From Acidobacteriota bacterium (GTDB lineage Bacteria > Acidobacteriota > UBA6911 > RPQK01 > JAJDTT01), in contig CBDCOR010000022.1 of assembly GCA_965219855.1 (NCBI GenBank), positions 835,826 through 899,825 on the forward strand: 64,000 nucleotides of DNA. The letters are read 5' to 3'. A program made the position numbers and the translations under genes. Shown here piece after piece: positions 1-10,422 of the stretch. Every line of letters begins with the position of its first letter. Positions within the stretch are counted from its first letter, which is position 1. The notes under the pieces were generated by a model. It searched no databases, was not told the DNA's origin, and worked only from the letters and a program-made list of their open reading frames with translations.

Positions 1-203
1 GTCCACGCGCAGCCTGCGCTCCGAGTAGACCTGGGGACAGAGCCTTCAGCTTTGACAGGATCGGGGACGAGCTGGGCTTTGACAGAAAGCCGACCTCGGA
101 GATAGTCCGAACTCTTGTGGAAGACGGTCTACTTCAGCACGACAATCTGGGAGAGGTCCGTCTTATGCGCATCGGAAAGGATGAAGTAAAGAAAGCCCAG
201 TAG
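1..203 (+). CDS. 3' end of a gene whose 5' part lies outside the window. The C-terminal winged-HTH-like segment resembles Crp/Fnr-family regulators.
   Basis: The open frame runs from the window edge to TAG at 201-203 and reads ...DRIGDELGFDRKPTSEIVRTLVEDGLLQHDNLGEVRLMRIGKDEVKKAQ. The EIxxxLG...VSRxLxxLxxxGLI-like pattern is weak. Confidence 0.3.
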   Translation, partial: PRAACAPSRPGDRAFSFDRIGDELGFDRKPTSEIVRTLVEDGLLQHDNLGEVRLMRIGKDEVKKAQ

Positions 204-233
204 GCGTGCTGCTTCCAAAAGGGAAAGTGTGGC

Positions 234-518
234 TTATAGGTCCTCAAGATCAACGACCTTTTCTCCTCGCCGAATCTCCGGCAGCGTCGTCCTCGCCGGT
301 GCTCCCTCTAGATCCATCTTAAGCAAGTCCCGCTTGAGCTGAAACAGACCCCGCTCCGCTTTAGCTGCTGCTTTGACCGCAGGCGTCTTGGCTGAATATC
401 GGCGGCGTAACTTCGATACCACTGTCGAGATCACGTTGTGGACCTTGGTGAGCTCATCCAGTAGCTCTTCTCTCTCGGATTCAGTCAGGGGTTTCGTCAT
501 CGCTAATCCGGTCCTCAA
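234..518 (-). CDS. Hypothetical small protein of 94 aa, charged and helical.
   Basis: The ORF has no overlap conflicts. No recognisable motif. Confidence 0.3.
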   Translation of the reverse strand: MRTGLAMTKPLTESEREELLDELTKVHNVISTVVSKLRRRYSAKTPAVKAAAKAERGLFQLKRDLLKMDLEGAPARTTLPEIRRGEKVVDLEDL

Positions 519-1047
519 ATCGCAGGCTAACGTAGGCTAGACCTTTCGGGGGTTCATGGCAACGGGGTGGGAAACTCAGGGGATGGTTCTTACGGGACTC
601 GGAAGGGGAAGCTGATCACGAGGAGTGAGAGGCCTCTGGGTCATGCAGCGAGGAAGGAGGTCCATCATGGCGGGGCCATGGGCTGTCGTAGGTTTTGAGA
701 ATGCATTTCGGCCGGTCGGCAGGGCAGAGCACGATTCGAGAGGCTTACAGAGTCGCCGTAGGTCTGGTGATCAGCACTCCTTGCCAACGCCCGAGCAAGA
801 GGTCACAGCGATGCAGAGTGGATACTCCGGCCTTCACGCGCATCGAAGCCACAACCTGAGCCAGGTCTTCCGCCGTCCAAGTTCGTCCCAGTACGAGGCC
901 ATAGTTCCGTGACTCGGGTATTTACTTTGCCCAAAGCTCTCAAGGATATGGATGACAGAACTTCACGTCTACTTCACGTTGGGCCGAAGCTCCCAGATCT
1001 GAGTCCTAGGATGTGATCTTTAATTACTTCATTAATAAGAAGTTAGG

Positions 1048-1123
1048 TGGTGGGCGGTACAGGGCTCGAACCTGTGACCTCCTCCTTGTAAGGGAGGCGC
1101 TCTCCCAGCTGAGCTAACCGCCC
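1048..1123 (-). tRNA. tRNA-Val, anticodon TAC.
   Basis: The reverse complement is GGGCGGTTAGCTCAGCTGGGAGAGCGCCTCCCTTACAAGGAGGAGGTCACAGGTTCGAGCCCTGTACCGCCCACCA. It shows cloverleaf arms, a GGTTCGAG T-loop, anticodon loop CTTACAA, an encoded CCA and a length of 76 nt. Confidence 0.85.
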
Positions 1124-1291
1124 TCCAAGAAGTCCTTGGGAATGCCTCAACTGGAGCGAACAGTATATAGCACCGACCTTCGCTGTGATAAGGGGGCGGA
1201 CGTAGCTTTGGTCTCCAGGCCGAAGTCTTCTTTTTCGAGCCTTCCGCTCGACGGACGGCGGCTTGGAGATCACCGCTACACCCCAGCGAGT

Positions 1292-2911
1292 CTACCCAGT
1301 CTTGCTCTCGCCCTTGGCCTTCTCAGTCTCCTCATCGGGACTGACAGCGTAGCCGGGGTTGGGGGGATCGAAGTACCCGTTGCCGTCCACGTCCACTAGG
1401 ATTGGATTGGTAAACGCGAAGGAGGAGTAGTTGGGGAATGGTTCGGGCCATCTGCGATCCGATGTGACGATGACCAGATACCAGGCATCCTGGGTGGGTC
1501 TATCGACTAACTCTCGGACGAACCGCACCGGCTCAATGGAGTCGGCTTTGACCGTGAACTTGGCCAGGATGCGGCCGTTGGAGACAACTTCGACCAGGTC
1601 CACCGGGATCCAGGGAGCTGCCTGGACGTTCAGGCGCAGCGTGACCGAATTGTCATCGTCGCTGATGATCGAGCCTACCTGGGCTCCGTCGTTGGCCGTA
1701 AATCGGATGAAGGGCCCACAGGAGGCGGTCGAAGCTCGCCCCTTCAGCGCATCCACGACCTTCAGCGGATCGATTTTCCAGGGATCGTCGGTGTCGGACA
1801 AAACATAGTTTCGAGGGTACGCTGGCAAGTGCTCGGGATAGATGTGGGCATCGGTGTTGCCCACCCCCGTCATTAGGATTCCCCGGTTCAGCAGGCTGTA
1901 CCAATCTTTCAGCTTCTGATTCACCAGGTCGGTGCGGCCGTAGTGTTTGTTGTCGTTATTGGGCTCTTCGCCTTCTGCCGGCTCGGGACCGGTGTCCTCG
2001 GCGTCAGTCAGTGCGTTGAAGATTTCGACCTGATCGAATCCGGTCTCGAAGAAAGGATACTCGATCTCGGAGGTCTCCCGATTCAATCGCTCGTCAAAAT
2101 AGCCACTCCTGGCACTGGGCTCCCAGCGGCGGGGATGGTTGATCTGGACGATCTCCTCGCCTGGATCGGCCCGCAGCATCCGTAGCATTTCGCCTGGAGT
2201 GCGGATGGCATAACGGAACTCCCGATCCTCCCAGCGATTCACGGACATCGGGAAGCTGTTGTAATGACCGAAGGCCGTGTCGACTTCCGCTCCGACGACC
2301 GAGGTCAGGAAGCGACCCAGATTCAACTGGTCGATGTAGGGAGCGTAGTCCTTCAGGACGTTGTGATCGGTTGCCGTGAGCAGGTCCACGCCTTCCGCCG
2401 CCGCCACCATGGCCCCATCACGCATGGCGAATTGAAGGTGTAGATGGAAATCGGAAGAGATGAATCCGCTGGTGTCTATGGCTCGCGAGAGGGTCGAGGT
2501 GAAGTGAGCCATCTTATCCTCAGTAATCGAGATCTTCTGATGGTCGAGGCTGTACTCCGTCCCGCGAGTGATGTAGACGTCGTACTCTCCTACGGGAATC
2601 GTCTTGATCTCTTGCCCGGAAGCGGTTACCAGGATGTGCTTGAAGCGCCCGACGATCGGTTTCTCGGAGCGGCCGTCAGCATGGGCGAAGAAGAGCCGGG
2701 ACGGAAGATGGACTCCGGTGGTTTCCTCCAGAACCTCGAAGGACAACCTGCCAACCGGCAGCTTGGTTTCGGTCACGTAACGTTTGTCTGGATCCATGCT
2801 CAGCGAGCCGAAGGCGGCCGTCGAGTCTTGATCGTAGAGGAGAATCCAGCTTGCAGACAGAGCTAGAAGCAGGCCCAGCCTCACCACCCAGATGTTTACG
2901 GGATTTGTCAT
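1292..2911 (-). CDS. Secreted PHP-domain metal-dependent hydrolase of the CehA/McbA-like family.
   Basis: N-terminal signal peptide. PHP-type motifs DFHLHLQF and TATDHN. 539 aa. Confidence 0.55.
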   Translation of the reverse strand: MTNPVNIWVVRLGLLLALSASWILLYDQDSTAAFGSLSMDPDKRYVTETKLPVGRLSFEVLEETTGVHLPSRLFFAHADGRSEKPIVGRFKHILVTASGQEIKTIPVGEYDVYITRGTEYSLDHQKISITEDKMAHFTSTLSRAIDTSGFISSDFHLHLQFAMRDGAMVAAAEGVDLLTATDHNVLKDYAPYIDQLNLGRFLTSVVGAEVDTAFGHYNSFPMSVNRWEDREFRYAIRTPGEMLRMLRADPGEEIVQINHPRRWEPSARSGYFDERLNRETSEIEYPFFETGFDQVEIFNALTDAEDTGPEPAEGEEPNNDNKHYGRTDLVNQKLKDWYSLLNRGILMTGVGNTDAHIYPEHLPAYPRNYVLSDTDDPWKIDPLKVVDALKGRASTASCGPFIRFTANDGAQVGSIISDDDNSVTLRLNVQAAPWIPVDLVEVVSNGRILAKFTVKADSIEPVRFVRELVDRPTQDAWYLVIVTSDRRWPEPFPNYSSFAFTNPILVDVDGNGYFDPPNPGYAVSPDEETEKAKGESKTG

Positions 2912-3000
2912 TCGGTACCTCGCTTCATGTTGCCAGCAGTGAGGCCGCTCGCGGCACCGTTGGCAATGCCTTGGGCCTGCATATGATGGAAGAGGGTGTC

Positions 3001-4329
3001 TCAGACCGACTCTGGAACTACGAAGGGACTTCTGTAGTCTCGGGTCAGCAAGGCGTTCGCATCCGAATCTCCGGAGAACGTTTCCCTCTCCGAGTCGAAA
3101 TGCAAAGTGCGCTCGGTCCGATAGGCCACGTTGGCCAGATGGCAGAGCGTGGAGGACAGGTGGCCCTCTTCGATCTCTGCGTTCAGGTCCTCTTTTCTCC
3201 GGCTGCGGACGGCATCGATGAAGTTGCCGAAAGGATTTCCACCTTCCTGGAGAGTCGGGCCAGGCTCGCCCTTCCTTCCCAGATGGGTTCTATAGCCGCG
3301 ACCACCCTTCATCACCATGTATCCCTCGGAGCCGTAGAAGAGCACTCCGACCTCGTTTTCTCCTGCTGAGCCCAGACCGGCTTCGTTATTGGTCATCCAG
3401 TGGCGCACCTCGAAAACCAGCCGCTTCTTCTGATCGGGATAATCGAAGGTTGCAATCTGGACGTTGGGGGTTTCCTGGTCGTCGTCGAACATGAAGTGAC
3501 CACCCGAGGATTGGATCCTCTGAGGGTGGCCGCTGACACCCAGGCCCCAGCGTGCCATGTCCATTTCGTGTACGCCCTGGTTGCCGATGTCGCCGTTGCC
3601 GTAGTCCCAATGCCAGTGCCAGTTGTAGTGGAACCGATTCTTGCTGAAGGCGCGTTCGTTTGCGGGTCCCAGCCAGAGGTTGTAGTCGACTCCTGAGGGA
3701 ACGGGCCCTTCGGGAGTGTGTCCGATGGTGTTGCGCCATTTGTAGCAGAGGCCCTTGGCCATATAGACGTCGCCGATCGCACCTTCTCTCAGCTTCTGGA
3801 TGCCATCCTTTACGCCGACGCTGCTGCGGGACTGGGTCCCGTGTTGGACGATGCGTCCGTACCTGCGTGCGGCTTCCACCAGCTTCCGGCCCTCCCAGAC
3901 ATTGTGGGAGCACGGTTTCTCCACATACGCGTTTTTCCCCGCCTGACAGGCCCAGATTCCGCCCAGACTGTGCCAGTGGTTGGGGGTGGCAAAACTGACC
4001 ACCTCGATGTCCTTGGCTTCGAAGATATGCCGCATGTCGGTGTAACTTCTCACCTTTCGACCAGTGTTCTTCTCCAACTCCTGGACGCGCTGGGAGAGCA
4101 CGCTCTCGTCGACGTCGCAGAGGGCTACCACATCAACCTTGGACAGTCCGGTAAAGCCGGCAATGTGAGATTTGCCTCGGCCCCTGACTCCAACCACCGC
4201 GGCGCGGATGGTGTCGTTGGCGTCGGCCTTGGCCATAAGGTTTGGGGCGGAGCCGCCAGTAATGGCTACACCTGCCACTACACCGGCTGATTCTTTCAGG
4301 AAATTTCTGCGTCCTATCTGGTTTGCCAT
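3001..4329 (-). CDS. Gfo/Idh/MocA-family NAD(P)-dependent oxidoreductase with a TAT signal peptide.
   Basis: The RRNFLK twin-arginine motif is followed by a hydrophobic stretch. The Rossmann start is AAVVGVRGRGKSH. The overall layout is typical of GH109-like oxidoreductases. Confidence 0.8.
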   Translation of the reverse strand: MANQIGRRNFLKESAGVVAGVAITGGSAPNLMAKADANDTIRAAVVGVRGRGKSHIAGFTGLSKVDVVALCDVDESVLSQRVQELEKNTGRKVRSYTDMRHIFEAKDIEVVSFATPNHWHSLGGIWACQAGKNAYVEKPCSHNVWEGRKLVEAARRYGRIVQHGTQSRSSVGVKDGIQKLREGAIGDVYMAKGLCYKWRNTIGHTPEGPVPSGVDYNLWLGPANERAFSKNRFHYNWHWHWDYGNGDIGNQGVHEMDMARWGLGVSGHPQRIQSSGGHFMFDDDQETPNVQIATFDYPDQKKRLVFEVRHWMTNNEAGLGSAGENEVGVLFYGSEGYMVMKGGRGYRTHLGRKGEPGPTLQEGGNPFGNFIDAVRSRRKEDLNAEIEEGHLSSTLCHLANVAYRTERTLHFDSERETFSGDSDANALLTRDYRSPFVVPESV

Positions 4330-4401
4330 GGGTCTTCTCCTTCTTGGCTGGTTGGTTGGGTGGATTGTAACCCTTCGCCCAGGATTAATCCAGCCGGGTC
4401 C

Positions 4402-5643
4402 TCACCTCTTTTTCAGATCCACACATACCAGGGTGTCCTGGTTGCGTGCGTAGAGGAGACCATCAGCCAGAGCTGGATAAGCGCGGACCGTGCCGCTCAG
4501 GATCCTGGCCTTGGAAATCTGCTGGTATTGCTTCGGGTCTGCCTGAGCCAGGAGCAGGTCTCCGTTCTCCTGCAGGATGACCAGTCGGTCATGCGCCAGA
4601 GTAACGGTGCCGGATCCGAAACGGTCCTGGCTCCACCGCACCTTACCCGTCTTCAGGTCGACGCAGCGGAAACTGGGGCCATATTCCTGGCGGCCGTGAA
4701 AGCCGTACAGATGTCCCTCGTGGTGGACGCTGGTGGCATAGTGATTTGACAGCACCTCGTCCGAGGACCAGAGCTGCTCCAATTCGCGCCCCTTGACCCT
4801 CAACACCACCGCGCCGGTGCGGTAGCTGGAGGACAAGAAGATCAGATCGTCGACACTCAGGGGGGTGGCAGCGTTGACGGATGCCCGGTTGCGGGAGCGC
4901 CAGGGAAAGCGAAACAAGACCTCGCCGCTGCCGCTATCGGTTCCTACCAACCCGCGGCGGGTGAAGAATAGAATGTGGAGTTTGCCTCCGAAGGTGGCTG
5001 TGATGGGCGAGGCGTAACTGGCTTCATCGTCGGCAGCCGTCCACAGGAGCTTGCCGGTGTCTTTGTCGAAGGCTGCCAGGCCCGCGCCGCTCCTACCACC
5101 CGCGTTCAAGAAGACGGCTTTGCCTTGCAGCAGAGGGGACCCGGCCGCTCCGAAAAAACCCTTCTTGACTCCGAGTGTGGAGTGGGTGTCCACCGACCAG
5201 ATCTTTCTCCCGGTGCCCAGTTCCAGGCAGTGGAGCATTCCCTGGGCGCCGAAGGTGTAGACCCGGCCCTCCGCGATGATGGGGCTGGCGCGAGGACCAT
5301 CGTCGAAGCCGAAGTCGTCGTGATAGGTGGTTGGGTAGCCGAAGGACCAGAAGCTGCTTCCCGTCTCAGGACCCAAGGCCTCCACGACTTCCTTGTCGCC
5401 GATGCGATGAAAGAGAATGAGGTGGCTGTCGACGACGGCTGGATTGCTGAATCCCTTCCCGATCTTCTTCTGCCAGAGGACGGGAAGGCCGGATACGGGC
5501 CAGGAGGCGGCAAGGTCCCGACCTCGGTAGACACCATCGCGACCAGGCCCGAGCAGCTGGGGCCAGTCCTCTGCGTGGGTAGGTGTGTTTCCCAGCAGGA
5601 AAAGGGGCAGAAGGAACTTGGGGGCAGAGTATCTCAATCCCAC
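4402..5643 (-). CDS. Secreted PQQ-like / BamB-like beta-propeller repeat protein.
   Basis: Signal peptide. Repeated ...DxxTGKxxW... blades are present (DKDTGKLLWTA, LKTGKVRWSQ). Confidence 0.6.
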   Translation of the reverse strand: MGLRYSAPKFLLPLFLLGNTPTHAEDWPQLLGPGRDGVYRGRDLAASWPVSGLPVLWQKKIGKGFSNPAVVDSHLILFHRIGDKEVVEALGPETGSSFWSFGYPTTYHDDFGFDDGPRASPIIAEGRVYTFGAQGMLHCLELGTGRKIWSVDTHSTLGVKKGFFGAAGSPLLQGKAVFLNAGGRSGAGLAAFDKDTGKLLWTAADDEASYASPITATFGGKLHILFFTRRGLVGTDSGSGEVLFRFPWRSRNRASVNAATPLSVDDLIFLSSSYRTGAVVLRVKGRELEQLWSSDEVLSNHYATSVHHEGHLYGFHGRQEYGPSFRCVDLKTGKVRWSQDRFGSGTVTLAHDRLVILQENGDLLLAQADPKQYQQISKARILSGTVRAYPALADGLLYARNQDTLVCVDLKKR

Positions 5644-5725
5644 GGCGTACTAAGCTGAAACTTCATTGGGATCGTCGCACGTCTGAACGTCCGAACGTCG
5701 CATGTCTCTTGCCACTGGGCAATGT
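5640..5725. repeat. Composite of repeat-end fragments. The terminal 20 nt of the GAAACTTCA-TIR element (family 4) sit next to a REP-like unit GTCGCACGTCTGAACGTCCGAACGTCGCATGTC plus a hairpin.
   Basis: CTAAGCTGAAACTTCATTGG is the reverse complement of the family-4 ends at 11.6 kb and 33.3 kb. The REP unit matches the elements at 24.4, 27.3 and 36.3 kb. Confidence 0.5.
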
Positions 5726-5807
5726 GGCGAGAGGCTTCAAGTTTCTTTCTCGAATGGGGCAGCCCGGCTGGGGCGCGACTAAGCCGAAACAAAATCGGCA
5801 AGAGTCG

Positions 5808-7634
5808 CTACGCCCTCAAATCGTCCGCGAGTTCCTCGGCTTCACGGATCAGATCCTCGGTAAATGACAAGCCCTGGTTCCAGAGCTCGGGATCGTCCAG
5901 GTTCACGCCCAGCTTACCTATCATCGCCTGGGGCCAGTCCGATCCGCCTGCCCCCAAGAGTTCCAGGTACTCTTCCGCAAAGTTCTCTCGTTCTTGCTGA
6001 CGATAGAGTGCCAGGACCAGCAGCTTGCCGAAGGCGTAGGCATAGACGTAGCCCGGCGTGTGAATGAAGTGGGGAATGTAGCTCCACCAGATTCTATAGT
6101 GATCCTTGAGCGTCACGCTGCCCTGGAACATCTCCTCCTGCGTCTCTATCCAGAATTGACTCAAGCGGTCGACGGGAAGTTCCCCTTCCTGGCGTCGAGC
6201 CGTGTGAATTTTCGCCTCAAACCGATGCATCGCTACCTGGCGAAATACGGTGGCAATCGTGTCATCGATGCTTCCCACCAGGATCGAAAGCCGGACCTTG
6301 GGGTCACGCTCCGCCTTCATCAGGTGATCGAAGACCAGCATCTCTCCGAACACAGAGGCAGTTTCCGATGTGGTCAGGGGAGGTCGCGACTGGAGATAGC
6401 CTTGTTTCTGGGAGAGGTACTGATGGACGCCGTGGCCCAGCTCGTGGGCGAGGGTTTGAATGTCCCTTATGTTTCCACTGTAGTTCATGAGAATGTAAGG
6501 ATGAACCGTGGTCACCGCGGGGTGGCTGAAGGCTCCGCTGGATTTACCGGGTCCGGGGGGCGCATCGATCCAACGCTTCTCAAAGAACTCGAGTGCAATT
6601 TCCCCCATTCGGGGATGGAATGCGTTGTACGCCTCGAGAACTATTGCCCGGGCCTGTTCCCAGGTACGGAAGGTAGCTGCGGCTCCCACCGGAGCGTAAC
6701 GGTCGTAATCGTAAAGTTCGTCCAGGCCGAGGAGGGTGCGTTTGAGGCGGTAGAATCGAGCTACCAGATCGTAGCGGCGTGCTACCGAGTCCACCAGGAC
6801 CTCGACCGCCTCATCGGAGATTTCATTATCCAGATTGCGACTCCTCAACCAATTCGGGTAGCGACGGAGCCGGTCGTCGCTGGCCTTGTCTGCCAAGGTG
6901 ACGTTGAAGACAAAGGACATCTCGCGAAGCCGGGTTTTCAGACCTTTCGTAAAGGCCAGGGCAGCACGTCGACGAACGCCGCGCTCAGCTTGGTACAGAC
7001 GGGCGAGAGTCTCCTGCTGCGTCAAGTTGCGTTTGTTCAAAACGAATCGGGTGGCACCCGCTGCCTCGTCGAAAAAGCGGCTCCACGCCGTCTGGCCTGT
7101 GATGGTCTTCTCGGTAAGGATCTTCTCTTCGGCTTCGCTCAGCACATGGGGCTTACGCTGCCGTTCCAATTCGAGGTAGTGTCGGAAGCGGCTCAGCTCG
7201 GAGCTGACCAGGAGTCGTTGGGCCGTGTCGTCATCCGTCGCGACCCACTCCAGCTCGAAGAAGAGTACCTTCTGGATGATCTCGGTGTAGGCCTCTCGAG
7301 TCCTTTGCAGGAGAGCCCCTCGTTCTGGGCTCTCGGTAGCTATGCACCAATCGAGATAGGCATAAGACATAACGCCGCCCAGACGCAGCAGGAGGTTCTC
7401 AAACTCCTGGAGTGCTTGGAACAGGTCCTGAGGGCCAAGCGTTGCCACCCTTCCTCGGAAGCGATCCTCGAAAGAAGCCGCTTCCTCCCTAGCCCGCTCC
7501 AGATCCTTATCCAGTGAGTCCAGATCGGGGTGCAAATCCGCAAGATTCCAGCGAGCCCTCTCGGCCCCGGTTTGCCGGTCCTCGGCCCCCGCGGACGGAG
7601 ATTCCTTCTGCTCTGGTAACCTGAGGAATCGCAA
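5808..7634 (-). CDS. pepF: M3-family oligoendopeptidase F.
   Basis: 608 aa with a HELGHGVH zinc-binding HEXXH motif. The length and architecture are typical of M3B. Confidence 0.85.
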   Translation of the reverse strand: MRFLRLPEQKESPSAGAEDRQTGAERARWNLADLHPDLDSLDKDLERAREEAASFEDRFRGRVATLGPQDLFQALQEFENLLLRLGGVMSYAYLDWCIATESPERGALLQRTREAYTEIIQKVLFFELEWVATDDDTAQRLLVSSELSRFRHYLELERQRKPHVLSEAEEKILTEKTITGQTAWSRFFDEAAGATRFVLNKRNLTQQETLARLYQAERGVRRRAALAFTKGLKTRLREMSFVFNVTLADKASDDRLRRYPNWLRSRNLDNEISDEAVEVLVDSVARRYDLVARFYRLKRTLLGLDELYDYDRYAPVGAAATFRTWEQARAIVLEAYNAFHPRMGEIALEFFEKRWIDAPPGPGKSSGAFSHPAVTTVHPYILMNYSGNIRDIQTLAHELGHGVHQYLSQKQGYLQSRPPLTTSETASVFGEMLVFDHLMKAERDPKVRLSILVGSIDDTIATVFRQVAMHRFEAKIHTARRQEGELPVDRLSQFWIETQEEMFQGSVTLKDHYRIWWSYIPHFIHTPGYVYAYAFGKLLVLALYRQQERENFAEEYLELLGAGGSDWPQAMIGKLGVNLDDPELWNQGLSFTEDLIREAEELADDLRA

Positions 7635-8188
7635 ACGCTCTTGCTCCTCTGTTTCTTGATTCTGGCTCTAACGGCTAGACTCTATTATGACGCCTACCCC
7701 TTTTTCCAGTCCGGTCTTGTAGACAGAGCCGAAACAGGCAGTTATAAGGAGTCTCAAATAGGGAGGATGCATGGGTGAATTTTTGATCGTAGGCATGATC
7801 GAACCCACGTACGTTTGATACGCCTGTGCTCCGAGTCCTCGACCGCGAAGTGCTGACGTCTGGGGGATTTGGAACGTTCAGACGTTCAGACAGGCTCCTC
7901 GCCCCGGATTTCCCACCGCCAGGCTACCGTACTGACTGTTTTTTCCCGCTCGACCGAAACAATAGGCACTGCGCGCCTGAATTCTGGAAGACGATCAGAG
8001 AGGGAGCCTGGGCCGACTTGAATCCCATCGCTCTGCAGCCATGGGGCGCGTGGCTATCCCAGGTGACGTGATAGTGGACACAGCGCCTGCAGCTCAGGTG
8101 TTGGGTCTGTGATTGGCGACAGTTAGAATTTCCCACGACGACAAATAGAATTCCCCACTTTTTCAGGGCTGATCCTGACCATGAGGGC

Positions 8189-9661
8189 ATGGTTAAGGAT
8201 CAGCAAGTGCGGAGGTTAGTAAAGTTGCAAAAGAACGAGAAGACGCTAACGATGGCGGCGGCCAAAGCGGGGCTGTCGCGAAAGACGGCTCGGAAGTACC
8301 TGAAGTCGGGAAAGCTGCCGAGCCAGAGTCAGCCGGAGCGATATTGGCGAACTCGATCGGATCCGTTCGAGTCGGTGTGGCCAGAGGTGGAAGAGATCCT
8401 GAAGCGATCTCCGACGGTGGAAGCGACAGCGGTGTTCGAGTATTTGTGCCGCCAGCAGGAAGGGGCCTTCCAGCAAGGTCAGTTGAGGACGCTGCAGCGC
8501 AGGATCAAGCAGTGGAAGGCACAACACGGAGAAGCGAAGGAGGTGATGTTCCCGCAGAAGTATCGGCCGGGACATCAAGCTCAATCGGACTTTACGTTTA
8601 TGGGGCGTCTGGGAGTGACGATCCAGGGCCAGCCGTTTCCCCATCTGCTGTACCACTTTGTTTTGGCCTACTCGAACTGGGAAGCGACCACGCTGTGTTT
8701 CAGTGAGTCCTTTGAGAGCCTCAGCCTGGGGCTTCAGAACGCGTTGTGGGAGTTGGGGGCGCTGCCCGAGGAACACCGAACAGACCGGCTTTCGGCGGCC
8801 GTCAACAACCTGAAACGGGAAGAGTTCACCGAGCGCTATCAAGGGTTGCTGAGACACTTCGGGATGCGCTCGAGTCGCACCCAGGCAGGAAAGGCTCACG
8901 AGAACGGGGATGTGGAACAGGCCCATCACCGCTTGAAACGGGCCATCGAGCAGGAACTGCTGCTGCGGTGTAGCCGTGATTTTTCCAGCCGGGAAGAGTA
9001 CGAGGGTTTTGTAGCGGTGATTGTGGACCGGCGCAATGCGACCCGGCAAAAGCGCCTGGGAGAAGAGCTGGCCGTGATGCGCCCGTTGCCGGCACGCCGT
9101 CTGGATGACTTCACCCGGCAGTGGGTGAGAGTCTCCCCCAGCAGTACGATCCGGGTTCGCCACAACACCTATTCGGTGGACAGCCGGTTGATCGGCGAGC
9201 GGGTGCAGGTGAGGGTGTGGGCGGATCAGGTGGAGGTCTACTACGGGGGTCAGCCACAGGCACGCATGCCTCGCTTGCGAGGAGAAGGCAAGCATCGCAT
9301 TGACTACCGGCAGGTGATCCATTCCCTGGTGCGCAAGCCGGGGGCGTTCACTCGCTATCGCTGGCGCGAGGATCTGTTTCCGGGGATCTTGTTTCGAGTC
9401 GCCTACGACGAGCTGCGCCAAGATTGTCCAGCCACGGCGGATCGCCAGTATCTGAAGATCCTCGAGTTGGCTGCCCAGGAAGGTGAGCAGCGAGTGCGAG
9501 AGGCACTTCAGGGGCTGATTGAGAGGGGACAAAGAATCCGTTTCGAAGCACTACGAGAATGCCTCGTCGATCCGGTGGTGGAGCCCTGGGAAGTGGCGGT
9601 GGAGAAGATGGACGTGGGCGTCTACGACACGCTGCTGGAGAGCCGGGAGGTGAGATCATGA
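8189..9661 (+). CDS. istA: IS21-family transposase IstA.
   Basis: 490 aa with an N-terminal HTH and a DDE integrase core. Its stop overlaps the istB start. Confidence 0.9.
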   Translation: MVKDQQVRRLVKLQKNEKTLTMAAAKAGLSRKTARKYLKSGKLPSQSQPERYWRTRSDPFESVWPEVEEILKRSPTVEATAVFEYLCRQQEGAFQQGQLRTLQRRIKQWKAQHGEAKEVMFPQKYRPGHQAQSDFTFMGRLGVTIQGQPFPHLLYHFVLAYSNWEATTLCFSESFESLSLGLQNALWELGALPEEHRTDRLSAAVNNLKREEFTERYQGLLRHFGMRSSRTQAGKAHENGDVEQAHHRLKRAIEQELLLRCSRDFSSREEYEGFVAVIVDRRNATRQKRLGEELAVMRPLPARRLDDFTRQWVRVSPSSTIRVRHNTYSVDSRLIGERVQVRVWADQVEVYYGGQPQARMPRLRGEGKHRIDYRQVIHSLVRKPGAFTRYRWREDLFPGILFRVAYDELRQDCPATADRQYLKILELAAQEGEQRVREALQGLIERGQRIRFEALRECLVDPVVEPWEVAVEKMDVGVYDTLLESREVRS

Positions 9662-10422
9662 GTGGAGGCAACTTGACCCGGCTTCGCGAGTGCCTTGTCC
9701 AGCTGCATCTACCAGCCTTTCGGGAGCACTCCGCCGCCCAGGCGGCACTGGCTACCCAGGAAAGTCTGTCCTATCCCCGGTTTCTCTTGTCGTTATCTGA
9801 GATCGAAGTGGCGGAGCGGCACGAGCGCAAAATCCAGCGCCTGCGCCGAATCTCGAAGCTTCCCTGGGAGAAAACGCTGACGGCGTTGGACCGCTCGCGC
9901 TTGCCCCAAAGCGTGGATCGACAACTGACGGCGCTGCTGGAAGGTACGTTTTTGGATCGCGCCGAGAACGTCTTGGCTTTCGGCAACCCTGGAAGCGGCA
10001 AGACGCATCTAGTCTGTGCTCTGGGGCAGGAGTTGATTCTGCTGGGGCGCCGGGTTCTATTCTCTACCTGCGCCCTGCTGGTACAGCGATTGCTGCGGGC
10101 CAAAATCGATCTGACTCTGGAGAAGGAGCTCAAGAAACTGGATCGCTTCGAGGCTCTCATAGTCGATGACATCGGCTACGTTCAGCAAAGTCGGGAGGAA
10201 ATGGAGGTTCTTTTCACACTGCTGGCCCATCGCTACGAACGCCGCAGCATCTTGCTGACCAGCAACCTGATCTTCTCGGACTGGGAGAGGATCTTCAAGG
10301 ACCCCATGACGACGGTGGCGGCGATTGATCGGGTGGTGCACCACAGCGTGATTCTGGAACTCAACGTCTCGAGCTACCGAATGGAGAGCGCCAAGAAGAA
10401 ACAGCAGGAAACCACGAAATGA
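9658..10422 (+). CDS. istB: IS21-family helper ATPase IstB.
   Basis: Walker A motif GNPGSGKTHL. DnaC-like AAA+ fold. The ATG at 9658 overlaps the istA stop. Confidence 0.9.
   Translation: MSGGNLTRLRECLVQLHLPAFREHSAAQAALATQESLSYPRFLLSLSEIEVAERHERKIQRLRRISKLPWEKTLTALDRSRLPQSVDRQLTALLEGTFLDRAENVLAFGNPGSGKTHLVCALGQELILLGRRVLFSTCALLVQRLLRAKIDLTLEKELKKLDRFEALIVDDIGYVQQSREEMEVLFTLLAHRYERRSILLTSNLIFSDWERIFKDPMTTVAAIDRVVHHSVILELNVSSYRMESAKKKQQETTK

Noticed and set aside
3386-4290. Several 100-190-aa ORFs on both strands inside the Gfo/Idh/MocA gene.
   Set aside because: They are overlapping shadow frames in a GC-rich gene. The annotated frame carries the Rossmann and TAT motifs.
5994-7517. A 507-aa + strand ORF opposite pepF.
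   Set aside because: It is antisense to the HEXXH peptidase gene. The translation is compositionally biased and has no domain.
8246-9532. A 428-aa minus-strand ORF inside istA.
   Set aside because: It is an antisense shadow of the IS21 transposase gene.
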